Shown here one piece after another: positions 1 through 11,918 of a stretch of DNA of 64,000 nucleotides. Positions within the stretch are counted from its first letter, which is position 1. Each line of letters starts with the position of its first letter. Source of the DNA: the human T2T-CHM13v2.0 reference genome, Homo sapiens; assembly GCF_009914755.1 (NCBI RefSeq), contig NC_060939.1; one strand, written 5' to 3'. The notes below the pieces were generated by a model. It was given only the letters and a program-made list of their open reading frames with translations. It was not told the DNA's origin and made no database searches. The translations under genes and the position numbers were made by a program.

Positions 1-242
1 TGGACTAACCTCATCCATTAATTCTGCCCCAATATTAATTATGACACGTCTTTATCACTGATAGGCTGCCCCAAGGTGTAAAAAGAGACATTCATCACAA
101 GGCACACTGGATGAAAAAGTAGATGTTCAAGCCTACTGAATAACACCCTTCTGAATAACACATCCACTATTAAGCTGTACAAATCAGAAAATATCATAGA
201 TTTGTTCTTTATATTCCACTTGTTTTATATATATATATATAT

Positions 243-488
243 TGCAGTGGCAGGATCTCGCTTACTGCAAGCTCCACCTCAGAGGTTCACGCCATTCTCC
301 TGCTTCAGCCTCCCGAGTAGCTGGGAGTACAGGCACCCGCCACCACACCTGGTGAATTTTTTGTATTTTTAGTAGAGATGGGGTATCACCGTGTTAGCCA
401 GGATGGTCTCTATCTCCTGACCTCGTGATCCGCCCACCTTGGCCTCCCAAAGTGCTGGGATTACGGGCGTTAGCCACCACTCCTGGCC
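243..488 (-). mobile_element. Alu (AluY-like), lacking its 3' end and poly(A); (TA)n sits at the tail position
   Basis: Reverse Alu with AluY-type diagnostics GCAAGCTCC, GGTTCACGCCATTCTCC, ACCGTGTTAGCCAGGATGG; ends CCTGGCC. Confidence 0.9.
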
Positions 489-499
489 CCATTTGTTAT

Positions 500-1335
500 A
501 TTTTTAACATTTCTGCTCCTTTAAAATGTATTTATATGTTATTAATATAAAATTCAAAATGTCAAAACTGCCACCCATTCTGTCCTCAAGTTACTCAGTT
601 TTCCTTTCTCGAGGGAACCAGTGCCACCAGGTTATTGTGTATTATTCCAGAGATATTATATGCATATGCAAGCAACAATATGTAAATATAGTGTGTCACT
701 GCCCTGGTGCTTGCTTGGAGATCACTCCATAACAATGCATGAATGAGCTGCTGCATACATTTTAGCAGCTGCTTTGTATTACACTGTTTCCTTCTACCTT
801 GACTTATTGAACCAGATCTCTTTTGATAGGCATTTGTTTCAAGTAATTTGCTATATCATAATAGGTGGCAGTGAACATTCTTATACATACTTCTTTGCAC
901 ACACGTCAGTGTGCATGATAAATTTCCAAAAGTGAAATTGCTGGGTTATAGACCATGTATTTGAAAATTGTAAATAGACGTTGCTAAAACTATCTACTCC
1001 CATCCTCAACATGAAGTGATGGTAAATGTTTTGACTTTGATCATCTAAAAGATGGAAAATGGTATTGTGATTTTAATTTTTATTTGTTTTAATATGAGGG
1101 ACAGAAAATATTTTTAAAATGTGATGTATTCAAATATAAAATGTTGTTTTATATTTCTTTTTTCTGTTAATTCTGATTATATCCTTTATACATTTTTCTA
1201 CAGCCTTGATGGCCGTTTTCTTATTGGTTTGTAGGAATATTTTCTGTATTAATGAAATCATTGCTTTGCCAAATACATCTCAAATACTTTTTCCGGTTTG
1301 TAGTTTGGCTTTCCTTTTGCTGTTTTGGTTGTGTA
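500..1335 (-). mobile_element. Old L1 (L1M/L1ME) 3' region fragment
   Basis: Antisense L1 3' motifs, e.g. AAAAGTGAAATTGCTGGG, GATGGAAAATGGTATTGTGATTTTAATTT; T-rich. Confidence 0.6.
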
Positions 1336-1344
1336 ATCTTTAGA

Positions 1345-1510
1345 TACATATCACTAATCCTCAGAAATTATGTTTTATTATTCTCATGTATGGGTGGGGA
1401 AACTGTAGATCAGAAAGGGTGAAAGTCTTTCTCAATATTGCCCAGGTAGCAAATGAGGGAAGAAGAGCACCGATCTGACTCAGAAGCCAACGTTCTTTCC
1501 ATCATACCAT
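1345..1510. mobile_element. MIR fragment
   Basis: GGGGAAACTGTAGATCAGAAAGGGTGAA...TTGCCCAGG resembles the MIR core. Confidence 0.6.
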
Positions 1511-1899
1511 ATCGCCTCTCTAGAGGACAGTCTCCTCTTCACTATATCATGAGGCTGAGCAAATCCTCCAGGTCCGTATGTACTTAACTGGTGTGAATTG
1601 TGTGGTTTAGCAGCCCTCACTGATTAAATGAGTGGCACATTTCCATTTCATTTGCAGGACAGTGGCACATGTAAGTGCAGAGCCCCAGTATGTGTTCCCT
1701 TGGCCACTCTTCCACACGAGTTCCCATTTCCAGCTTTTGCACTGCTGGATTGTTTTCCCCTGTCCCCATCATCCTTGTCCCCGCTCTAAGTTCTTTTCCT
1801 CTGGAAATCTTCGCTAACTGCACCAAAAGAAACAAGTCTTTGTTCTTCCCCCACTATGGCACTAGTTCTACTATGCCTGGGGTGATGCCATTCTATCCC

Positions 1900-2020
1900 A
1901 ACTAGCCTCCAGAGGTAGAGACTGTGTCATGGCCATCACTGTATCCCCATCACTTGGACCAAAGCCTGTCAGATGCTGGACACTCATTCCATCCTTGGAA
2001 AATGAATGAGTAGATGAATA
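1900..2020 (+). mobile_element. L2 3' end fragment
   Basis: AGAGACTGTGTC...TCACTGTATCCCCA...AATGAATGAG matches the L2 terminus pattern. Confidence 0.55.
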
Positions 2021-2086
2021 TATCACATGAAGACTAAGAGCTGGGTTTCAATCCAGCTCCCTCATTTACCAGGAAGGTGATCATGG

Positions 2087-2522
2087 TGTGTCCGGACTTG
2101 GTTTCTTCTTGTGGGTTCGTGGTCTCACTGACTTCAGGAATGAAGCCATGGACCTTCACGGTGAGTACTACAGCTCTTAGAGGTGGTGTGGACCCAAAGA
2201 GTGAGCAGCAGCAAGATTTATTGTGGAGAGTGAAAGAACAAAGCTTCCACAGCATGGTAAGGCAACTGACCAGCTTTTATTCCCTAATTTGTCCCCACCC
2301 ATGTCCTGCTGATTGTCCATTTTACAGGGTGCTGATTGGTCCATTTTGCAGAGTGCTGATTGGTGCATTTTACAAACCTCTAGCTAGCCACAGAGCGCTG
2401 ATTGGTGCATTTCACAATCCTAGCTACAGAGTGCTGATTGGTGCATTTTACAATCCTCTTGTAAGACAGAAAACTTCTCCAAGTCCCCACCCACCCCAGA
2501 AGTCCAGCTGGCTTCCCTTTCA
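2087..2522 (-). mobile_element. Solo LTR12-family (ERV9; LTR12F-like) LTR inserted into a MIR
   Basis: TGTGTCCGG...TTCA termini; 4-bp TSD ATGG at 2083-2086 and 2523-2526; tandem GCTGATTGGT (CCAAT) repeats; GAGTGAGCAGCAGCAAGATTTATT. Confidence 0.9.
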
Positions 2523-2576
2523 ATGGACCAAGTTACTTAAGTTGGCTAAACTTCACACTCTTCATTGGCAACATGA

Positions 2577-2882
2577 TTTTTTTTGTTGTTGTTGTTTTGA
2601 GTTGGAGTCTCCCTGTCTTGCCCAGGTTGGAGTGCAGTGTGATCCCCGCTCACTGCAAACCCCGCCTTCTGGGTTCAAGCAATTCTCCCGCCTCAGCCTC
2701 CTGAGTAGCTGAGACTACAGGTGCATGCCACCATGCCTGCTACTTTTTGTATTTTTAGTAGAGATGGGGTTTAACCGTGTTGGCCAGGATGGTCTCGAAC
2801 TCCTGACCTCATGATCCGCCTGCCTTGGCCTCCCAAATTCCCAAATTGCTGGGATTACAGGCGTGAGCCACCACGCTCGGCC
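2577..2882 (-). mobile_element. Alu (AluS-like)
   Basis: Full reverse dimer with T/GTT tail; TSD-like GCAACATGATTTTT / GCAACATAATTTTT. Confidence 0.93.
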
Positions 2883-3404
2883 AGCAACATAATTTTTAAA
2901 AATACACTACTTGCTTCATAGGCTGAACGTAGGGAATATATTAGACAATCTTTGCTAAATATCTGTGATTATACTGAGTTGAATGATTATTTTCTTAGCC
3001 TGAAAGATCTCAAGAATGAGAGTCAGAAGACCAAAGTTCTAAAGCTTTGCCCCAAATTGGCTTTAGGAATTCACTTCTCAGGACCTTCTTTGCAACGTGG
3101 AGACTGTTCAACTTGCTGGGGAAAATTCTTAAGTCAGTGAATTAGCTGCAGTGTGGCTTGACATACACTGAGCTCCGTCTGCTCTGTTTCACTGGTCGGT
3201 GGTTTCTAAATGACTGGAACACATAGTAGCCTGATACATAGTCCAAGTTCACTACATCGTAATAATATAAAATGATTTAAATATATAAGAATATATGTAT
3301 GTATTATTGCTAACCCAATAAATTATTAAAACAATACTTTTAAAATAATATATATTATATCCTATTTATATCTATGATCTCCTAATACGCATGATGATAC
3401 TATA

Positions 3405-3560
3405 ATGTAGAGAGAATCTGCTTGTTAAATATGCAGATTTCCAGGCTCTCTTTGGGTTGTCATGATTTTGCTGATGTAGGGTATAGGCTCAGAAGTCTAC
3501 GTTTTAAATCAGCACTCCACCTGCTTTTCTGGCTTAGTGCAGTTTGAGAACCACTGCTTT
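3405..3560. mobile_element. MER5-type hAT-Charlie DNA transposon remnant
   Basis: CTTGTTAAATATGCAGATTTCCAGGC...AGTTTGAGAACCACTGC terminal motif. Confidence 0.75.
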
Positions 3561-4882
3561 GGTTAGAGTGTTTCTCTATGCTTTTGATGCATGGATAATC
3601 TCCCCCCATCCCCATATTTTGGAAATCTAGAGAGAACATGATGCTTTTGACTATACAGGGCTTTCTGCATTCCTAGAAAACAGCTAGCAGGAAATTGCAA
3701 CATTTTACGTGATCTATTGCCTCTGCAGACCTGGCATGAAAGGTGCACTTTATGGGATGGGGTGGGCAAACGTGGGAGAGTTCCTCTTCATCCGATCTGA
3801 ACCGTCAGGACATGTCAAACGAAGCTAATATAAATGTCAGCGTGCAGCTTTCGGTTGTGAAATCTGAGTTCGTTGTAATGCAGTTCATTTTCCTTCTTCC
3901 AGCTCTGTGGATGCTATCAGCTGATGTGTCTGACAAGCATTTCCTATGCCAAAATAAAAGCCATCTCAGCAGTTCTCCTGAGTGAGTCTCCCTGCGTGTG
4001 TATGCACGTGTGCCTGTGAAACTCACGTCACATTCTCTTTATGGCTGCAATGAGCTAGTCTCCATGGGCCTCCCAAAACACCAAGCTGGAAGCCCCGGAG
4101 CTGTCTCCAGGAGCCATCACACCAGTTCATAATGACCACTAGAGTATGGAGTTATATAGACATCCAGGGGAGGAATTAATTATGGGGAACGTGAAGTCCC
4201 TCTAGGAATAGACTGAAGATTTAACACCTCCCAGGTGAATTCTGTGCCATTAGAGTGAGGAGGCAGCTCTGTTGGCTCAAGGTAACACAGAGCCTGTTCT
4301 ACATAACAATGGCCCACAAGGTGCACCTGATTAAACCAGCTCTGCTCTGGGGATGCCCTTGTCAGCCATGGGTTACCTTTCACTGGAGAGGTGCCAGATT
4401 GCCAGGCAGGTCAACCGTTAGCTGAGTTTTTAAAATTCTCACTTGTTTCATTATTTCTTTTTTCTATGTTATGCTTTTCATATTACCTTGGTGGTTTCCC
4501 AGAAAAAAATAAACCTCTGAGCCCATCTCAACGGCAAATTACAATGATTCCCCATGCTTTTCACAGGACTCAGCATGTACACTTAACTTGGCTTGTCAAA
4601 TTCCCATCTAAATATTTTCAAACAGTGACAACTAGGAGTGACTGAGGAGAACATCCTTTGAATCTGCCATATTGCTGTTATTTCTAACGCAGCTGCTTTC
4701 ATCCAAACGGAAGGTTGATCCATTCTGTGGGAAGTTAGGGCAATTCCCCAAGGCTTCCTTGCAGTTCAGATCAACCTATTAATGTGCTTAATGATTCTAA
4801 GTCAGAAATGGTGTCATTGAAATATTTATTCTTATTCTGTGTCTTCTCACACCGATAGACACATGTAAATGACAGATTAGCA

Positions 4883-5036
4883 GAGGAAAAAAGGGAAAAG
4901 GAAGGAAGGGAGGGAGGGAGGGAGGAAGGAGAAGGGAAAGGAGGGAGGGAGGGAGGGAGGAAGGAAGGGAGGAAGGGAAGGATGAAGGAAGGAAGGGAGG
5001 GAGGAAGGAAAGGAGGGAGGGAAGAACACAGGCAGG
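4883..5036. repeat. Polypurine (GGAA/GGGA)n low-complexity tract
   Basis: About 150 bp of almost pure A/G. Confidence 0.95.
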
Positions 5037-6652
5037 CAAAAATGACATAAATCCTACAGTATGTAAATTTCAGTAGGGTTATTTATGAGACTTGCAAATG
5101 CTAAAAATTTACTTGAGTTGTTATCTGTTAATAAAACTAATAGAAATAATAACTTTAAAAAAGCCGCTTGTTGCCAACATGGCTAAATTAAAAGTCCTTG
5201 AAGCAAAACCTGGATAAGTTTGACAACAAACTTAACACCTTGTATGATTTTTGTGAAGGCAAAGGTAGTTCTCTATTTGAGAATTGTTGAGGAATTAATC
5301 ACATATGGGGATGAACACACACATGCACACACAGACACATTTCCCTCCTTGCCTGACGTTTATTTCCTGCCTCCCTCCTACCAAAATGATCCTTCAGCAC
5401 CTCCTCAAAATCAAATCCTGCTGATTGAAAGGTGATGACAGTCAGGTGGGTGCGGGAACCCCGTGCGTTATTGATGGTTCGTGTCAAGCTGCAGAGCAGC
5501 AGACAGAACAAAAAGGCCAAATCGCCCTGTTCCCAGACCTCCCACACCCATAGGTGCTGGGGAAGCACACTTCTTTCATTGTTCAATGTGCTTTTGAAAG
5601 TGCAGTGCATTCCAACAGGCAAGGGTAGGCATGTGAAGAATTCTTGTGACTCAATACTTGAGAGAGGGAGAAACACGAGACCTTTCTGTCTTTGGATGTT
5701 ATGAAGAAGATGGGATTGGGGATGGTGGGTCATGTTTGTGAGTATGCTGTTTCAGGGCTGCAGCTTGGGAGAAATTATGGCTGTTTTACACCATCACCCT
5801 GAAGATCTACCTTAAGTTTCTGACCGCCCCTCCTATTCTACCCACTGGCCTCTCTTCCTGCTCTAAATCTACCAATTATTTTCTTTAAGTGTCAGCAGTA
5901 CACCAGACACAAGGAGATATAACCTTCCCTCAAGTTGATGCTGTTAAACCATTACATACTTGAAACTGAAGTCGCAGTTGTCAATTGCAACTTCAGTCAC
6001 TAATAACTACTTCAGAAGTGCGAGTGGTGTCTGGGCTCTTAATGCTGTGGCCCAGGGCTCCAGAAATGTCTTTACAGGTCATTTAGATCCATCCATCTGA
6101 TCTGTAGCAAGATCAGTCAATCTTTCAGCCAAATGCTTCCCTCTCTCTTCCCCTTGCTGCCAGGTCCTTTATTTGTTCTCCCAGGGCCATATTGGGGGAT
6201 GAGCTTAGGCAGCCATATCGACCACTTAGCTTGTAAAGACTTTGAGCTTAGGGCATCACCACATGCTTGGATCCTGAATTCTGTCACTTGCCTGTGAGGA
6301 TTGTTTTTCTTTCTTTTTTCTCTTCTGCGTTTTCATTGGGCTGTTATTTAAAAAGCCTTTTAACCAGCCCTGCATGCATAACATAGCAAATAAAAAATGG
6401 ACCCAGCTGTCAATTGACACAAAAACTGTAGGTGGTCTTGATTTGGGATGTTTATGGTCTTATTGGAACTGTGGTTTTACAGAGCCCCATCCTTTGTCTT
6501 GTTGATGTTAGCGGCTTTTAAAATTTGTTTTGAAAGTTTAAATAGGCTTTGTAGATGAGGTTAACCTTGATTTTTATTTTAGAGTGTAACTCATAATAAT
6601 AATACCGCTTACAAGTTATTGCATATTGCTTTGCAATTGTTATATTGCTTAA

Positions 6653-6840
6653 TGCACACACACACACATACACACACACACAAATATGTTCTATATGATG
6701 TCCATTTTACAGATGTGGTAGCAGAGTGCTTATGTAACTTTCCTGATATCACTCCGCTGGGATCGGAAAAAATGAGAATCTGAACCCTGTCCTAGACACA
6801 GAAACCCACACTCAATCATGACCCAGTATTTCTCCTCTGA
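6653..6840. repeat. (CA)n microsatellite followed by a MIR fragment
   Basis: CA run 6654-6682; CCATTTTACAGATGTGG...TAACTTTCCTGATATCAC MIR core. Confidence 0.7.
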
Positions 6841-8794
6841 TAAGAAACAATCATCAATACTGTATGAACTGAAATGTTGTTACACTTATATATGAAATTG
6901 CTATGGCAAAGCTACTGCAACTCTGAGACACGGATAAGCCCCATCTTGAGAGTCCGTAAGCACCACTCTGCCATCCAATGCAAATGCAGATAATACATTA
7001 GAATCTTAGGATTAATTTTTAATATGATACGGTGCCTGCCAAAAAGTAAGTGGATTGGAGAAGCAGACAGGGACCAAGAGTATTGATAAAGAAAGGTGCC
7101 CTTATGTCTGTCTGTCTAATTTCTTCTTTCTGCCTTCTCACCTTCTTAAAAGTCTCCCTGCCTCGCTGCCCTCTATAGAATTGTTGTTATCAAAGGGCAA
7201 AGCTCTGATCGTATTTAGGGAAAATTCCTTTTCCTCTTAATGTAAGAGTAATGATGTCAGTGCCGGTACTCAGGCTCTGTTCCAAAGCAGGTAATTATGC
7301 TCTGCCTTCTTCAATTCCCTCTGCAGTTTCTGAGGAATCTATTTTTCCTCTCCTTCCTGTCCTAGACAGTTGTGCCACATTGCTGGGCTGCCGTTCAACA
7401 TCTGCTTCCCCAAAGAAGTACGCTTTAAAAGTGAGTGAAATTATTTCTCTTTCATGACTATTTTGCTGAAAGGAACCTGATGAATGGCAGGTGCTGGGGT
7501 GCTCCTTTGATTTGGGTCAGGGGACACCTTGCAGTTAGTCCAGGGTCACTTGAGTTCCTTGCCTGGAACAAAGTACACAAACGTCCCTTCAAAGAAAATG
7601 AGGCTTTATATTGGACAGGATGATTGACTGGCCCCCCACCGGCATGGGTCGAGGCAGGCACTGACCTCCTCAGCTGATGGGCTTCTCCTAAATGCCTTTG
7701 AGATGACATCCTGTGCTTCTCTTGTAGAGAGTCCTCCCAAGCCCACTGGGGGCCAGGCCCAACTCCAGTCTTACTGACCTCAAACAGATCAGGCCTTGGG
7801 CCTCCTGACTCTGTTTCCAAGGTCTCACTCTCTCACATTTGATCTCTCCTTTCTTGGCAGAAGCACCCAAAGAAGAGAGGTTTATTTCCAATTCCTTTTC
7901 CATAATCACTTCTTACTATTCCTTTGGGACACAATCTTTGCGGAACGACAGCATACCCAGAATGCCCCTTAAACGTTCTCATTGAACCTTCTCATTCCAA
8001 GGGGCCCTGGCTGGGACCAGCCATCTCATATTTCCAATACTCATTTTCTTCCACATCCCCTTTCCAATTTCTCAGAATTTCTAGGTGGTATATGTTGATC
8101 TTGGTACATTCACTTTCACCTCACTGATATCAAAATTGCCAAATACTGCTGGCCCTAACCCTTTATTATATGTTTACTATTAAATAGTACAATTAAGCTC
8201 TGATAAAAAGCCTTGGATTAAAAGCAAATTTAATACAGGTTTTATGCAGGGAAATTCAATTCCTCATTCAGAAACAAGAGCCCAAGAGTAGGGGAAGAAA
8301 AGAAAGATCTTCTGTAATAGATGCAAATAGCAAGCTAACATGCAGTTCTTTAGTTTTATATACTAAGAAAAACGAAGTCCAGTTATACCATTTAAAAATT
8401 GTAACTTACTCCTCAAAATTTTGTATCAGCATGCGAGCAGGCTTGGCTAAGGAACAGGTATTCAGTAATAATTGCAATTTTAAAAATATTCTTTACAAAT
8501 TTATTTTTCAGATATATTTTATGTCCAAAACAAGGCAAAACAAAAGCAAGTCACAGGAGGGCCTCTGTTGGCTAGGAGAGCAAACAATTTTGTCAATGGA
8601 ATAATATTCTTCTGTACCAGTGATTTGGCCAATAGGTTTTCCGAAATCACCTCAGCTAGCTCAAAAGGGAAAACAATACCCTTAAAATATATTAATAACT
8701 GAAGATACCTCAGATGCAAGCTTTATCTCATTAGTTAACACGACTGAGTACATTGCCTTACTAATCCCAGTCCCTTCCCAGCAGAGAAGGTAGA

Positions 8795-9488
<694 letters not shown>

Positions 9489-10604
9489 GAGGATATAGAG
9501 CAACTGCCAAAACAGGCAACACACCAGCCACTTTTGTGAACATGGAATCAAGAAAAAAAAAATCATCCCTGTAATTTAAGTCACAGCAGTTTTGACATAA
9601 TGCTACTTAAAATTGGTTGATAAAAAGGGTGATGAGATAAATCTGTGCATTCTTTTCAAGCATGTGTTGAGAGACTGAAAGCTCTTCCCCTCAAAAACTT
9701 CGGCCATTTAATTCTTTAAAGTTGTTTTTACATGAATTAGAGGGTTTGGTAGATGCAATGTCAGTTACAGAACCACACTCTTGTCTCCATCTAATTTTGT
9801 CTTAGCAGCTCTTTTAAACTGCTAAATCTGGTTTTAAAGTATGATGATTTTGTTTTCTGATGGTGTTAAACAGCTGCTGCTTTTCTGATGAGAAGCCCAT
9901 TTTCCATTTTATATCTGCAAGATGTTGGCTACATCAGGCCCAGTGAAGCAGGCAGCTGAGAAGCCTCTTGCTGCAAGAAGCAGTTAAAAAAAAAAAAGGG
10001 CAAAGGGCCTTTCTCCAGGCAGCTGTCTCTTAGGATGGGGAATGGAGAGGAGACCACAGCAAAACAAAGCTTCGCACATGTAGTCAGGGCCATGAACCAG
10101 CCTTTCACTAAGAAACAGTGTAGTAACTCCAGGGAGGATGAATCACCAGTAAACATCACAATACACATGAATTTTTGGTCCCTGAATAGAGAGGCAAAAT
10201 AGTCAACTTAGAAAAAAATCCAGCTTGTCCTTGGGGAACACTAGTGTTTGTGCACCTATGCAGTTTTTTGAACTCCTACGAAGTCTCAGAATGACCCTTC
10301 CAGCATGGGTCTGCATGGTGTTAAAAATGAGGAACTCAGAGTTTCTGACTTCTGTTTAGAAACCAGGTGAGGCCACCCAGGCCTGCATGCCTGTGAGGCT
10401 GCAGCTGAGTGAGGCCAGGCTTCTGGGTGGGAACAGTTCTTCAGCTCACTGCTGTCCTGATGGGACTTGCCTCATTCCTAGACAGTCCAGGCAGGGCTTC
10501 CACAAGATCCTGGCTTTGTCACGCCGGAAGTAGGGGAACAAAGTTCACACAGGGCTCACCGGTGTGCACTGCCTCACCCCTGGCTTTCTGGAGACCCTCC
10601 ACCT

Positions 10605-10695
10605 GGAGCTAAATAGCAGTGTCCATGGCACTGATAGGACTTCCATGGCACTGATAGGAGCTAAAGAGCGTTGTCCATGGCACTGATAGGACTTC
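10605..10695. repeat. Short complex tandem repeat, 3x TCCATGGCACTGATAGGA
   Basis: Exact 18-mers at 10622, 10642 and 10674; the 39-bp unit at 10605 is repeated at 10657. Confidence 0.95.
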
Positions 10696-10760
10696 TTTCA
10701 AGCAACCATGAAACAGTAAGAGTAGGGATTAAGAAAGAAGGGGAAATACGGAGAGGGCAC

Positions 10761-11174
10761 TGTCAGGCCTCTGAGCCCAAGCTAAGCCATCATATCCCCT
10801 GTGACCTGCACGTACACATCCAGATGGCCGGTTCCTGCCTTAACTGATGACAGTCCACCACAAAAGAAGTGAAAATGGCCTGTTCCTGCCTTAACTGATG
10901 ACATTATCTTGTGACATTCCTTCTCCTGGCTCATCCTGGCTCAAAAGCTCCCCTGCTGAGCACCTTGTGACCCCCACTCCTGCCCTCCAGAGAACAACCC
11001 CCCTTTGACTGTAATTTTCCTGTATCTACCCAAATCTTATAAAACGGCCCCACCCTTATCTCCCTTCGCTGACTCTGTTTTCGGACTCAGCCTGCCTGCA
11101 CCCAGGTGAAATAAACAGCTTTATTGCTCACACAAAGCCTGTTTGGTGGTCTCTTCAAACAGACGCGAGTGAAA
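10761..11174 (+). promoter_or_regulatory. 5' LTR7 (HERV-H promoter/enhancer)
   Basis: TGTCAGGCCTCTGAGCCCAAGC...GTGAAA; two GTTCCTGCCTTAACTGATGACA repeats; ACAAAAGA 10860-10867; TATA (TATAAAA ~11038) with GGCCCCACCC box; AATAAA 11110. Confidence 0.95.
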
Positions 11175-11176
11175 TT

Positions 11177-11194
11177 TAGTGCTGTGACATGGAT
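11177..11194 (+). other. Degenerate tRNA-His primer-binding site
   Basis: TAGTGCTGTGACATGGAT vs HERV-H PBS TGGTGCCGTGACTCGGAT (4 mismatches), just after the 5' LTR. Confidence 0.85.
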
Positions 11195-11784
11195 CGGGGG
11201 ACCTCCCTTGGGAGATCAATCCCCTGTCCTCCTGCTCTTTGCTTCGTGAGAAAGGTCAACCTACAACCTCAGGTCCTCAGACCGACCAGCTCAAGGAACA
11301 TCTCACCAATTTCAAATCCGGTAAGCAGCCTCTTTTCACACTCTTCTCCAACCTCCCTCACTATCCCTCAACCTCTTTCTCCTTTCAATCTTGGTGCCAT
11401 ACTTCAATCTCTCCCTTCTCTTAATTTCAATTCCTTTCATCTTCTGTTAGAGACAAAGGAGACACATTTTATCCATGGATCCAAAACTCTGGCGCCGGTC
11501 ACGGAGTGGGAAGGCGGCCTTCCCTTGGTGTTTAATCATTGCAGGGACGCCTCTCTGATTATTCACCCACGTTTCAGAGGTCTCAGACCACGCAGGGACG
11601 CCTGCCTTGGTCCTTCACCCTTAGCGGCAAGTCCCGCTTTTCTGGGGGAGGGGCAAGTACCCCAACCCCTTCTCTCCATGTCTCTACCCCTTCTCCACTT
11701 TTCTGGGGGACGGGCAAGAACCCCTCAACTCCTTCTCCTTCACCCTCGGCGGCAAGTCCCGCTTTTCTAGAGGGCAAGAATCCC

Positions 11785-11918
11785 CAATCCCTTATTTCCG
11801 TGCCCCGACCTCTTATCTCTGCACCCCGATCCCTTATTTCCATGCTCCGACCTCATATCTCTGTGCCCCAATCCCTTATTTCCGTGCCTCAACCTCGTAT
11901 CTCTGTGACCTGACCCCT
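11785..11918 (+). repeat. About 20-21-bp tandem repeat in the HERV-H leader (approx. 6 units)
   Basis: Alternating CCCTTATTTCCGTGCCCCGA / CCTCTTATCTCTGCACCCCGA units. Confidence 0.85.

Noticed and set aside
2077-2712. Longest ORF in the window (211 aa)
   Set aside because: Antisense read-through of LTR12 tandem repeats, MIR and Alu; no protein-family features.
4797-5048. P/S/L/F-rich ORFs here and at 48029-48482
   Set aside because: Translations of polypurine/polypyrimidine simple repeats.
10605-10695. CRISPR-like repeat-spacer pattern
   Set aside because: Only three 18-bp units with 2- and 14-bp spacers, one of which repeats upstream sequence; eukaryotic context and no cas genes.
11189-11770. 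193-aa ORF in the HERV-H leader
   Set aside because: Lies in the non-coding leader; its ATG arises from PBS mutations and there is no Gag homology. Translation is unsupported.
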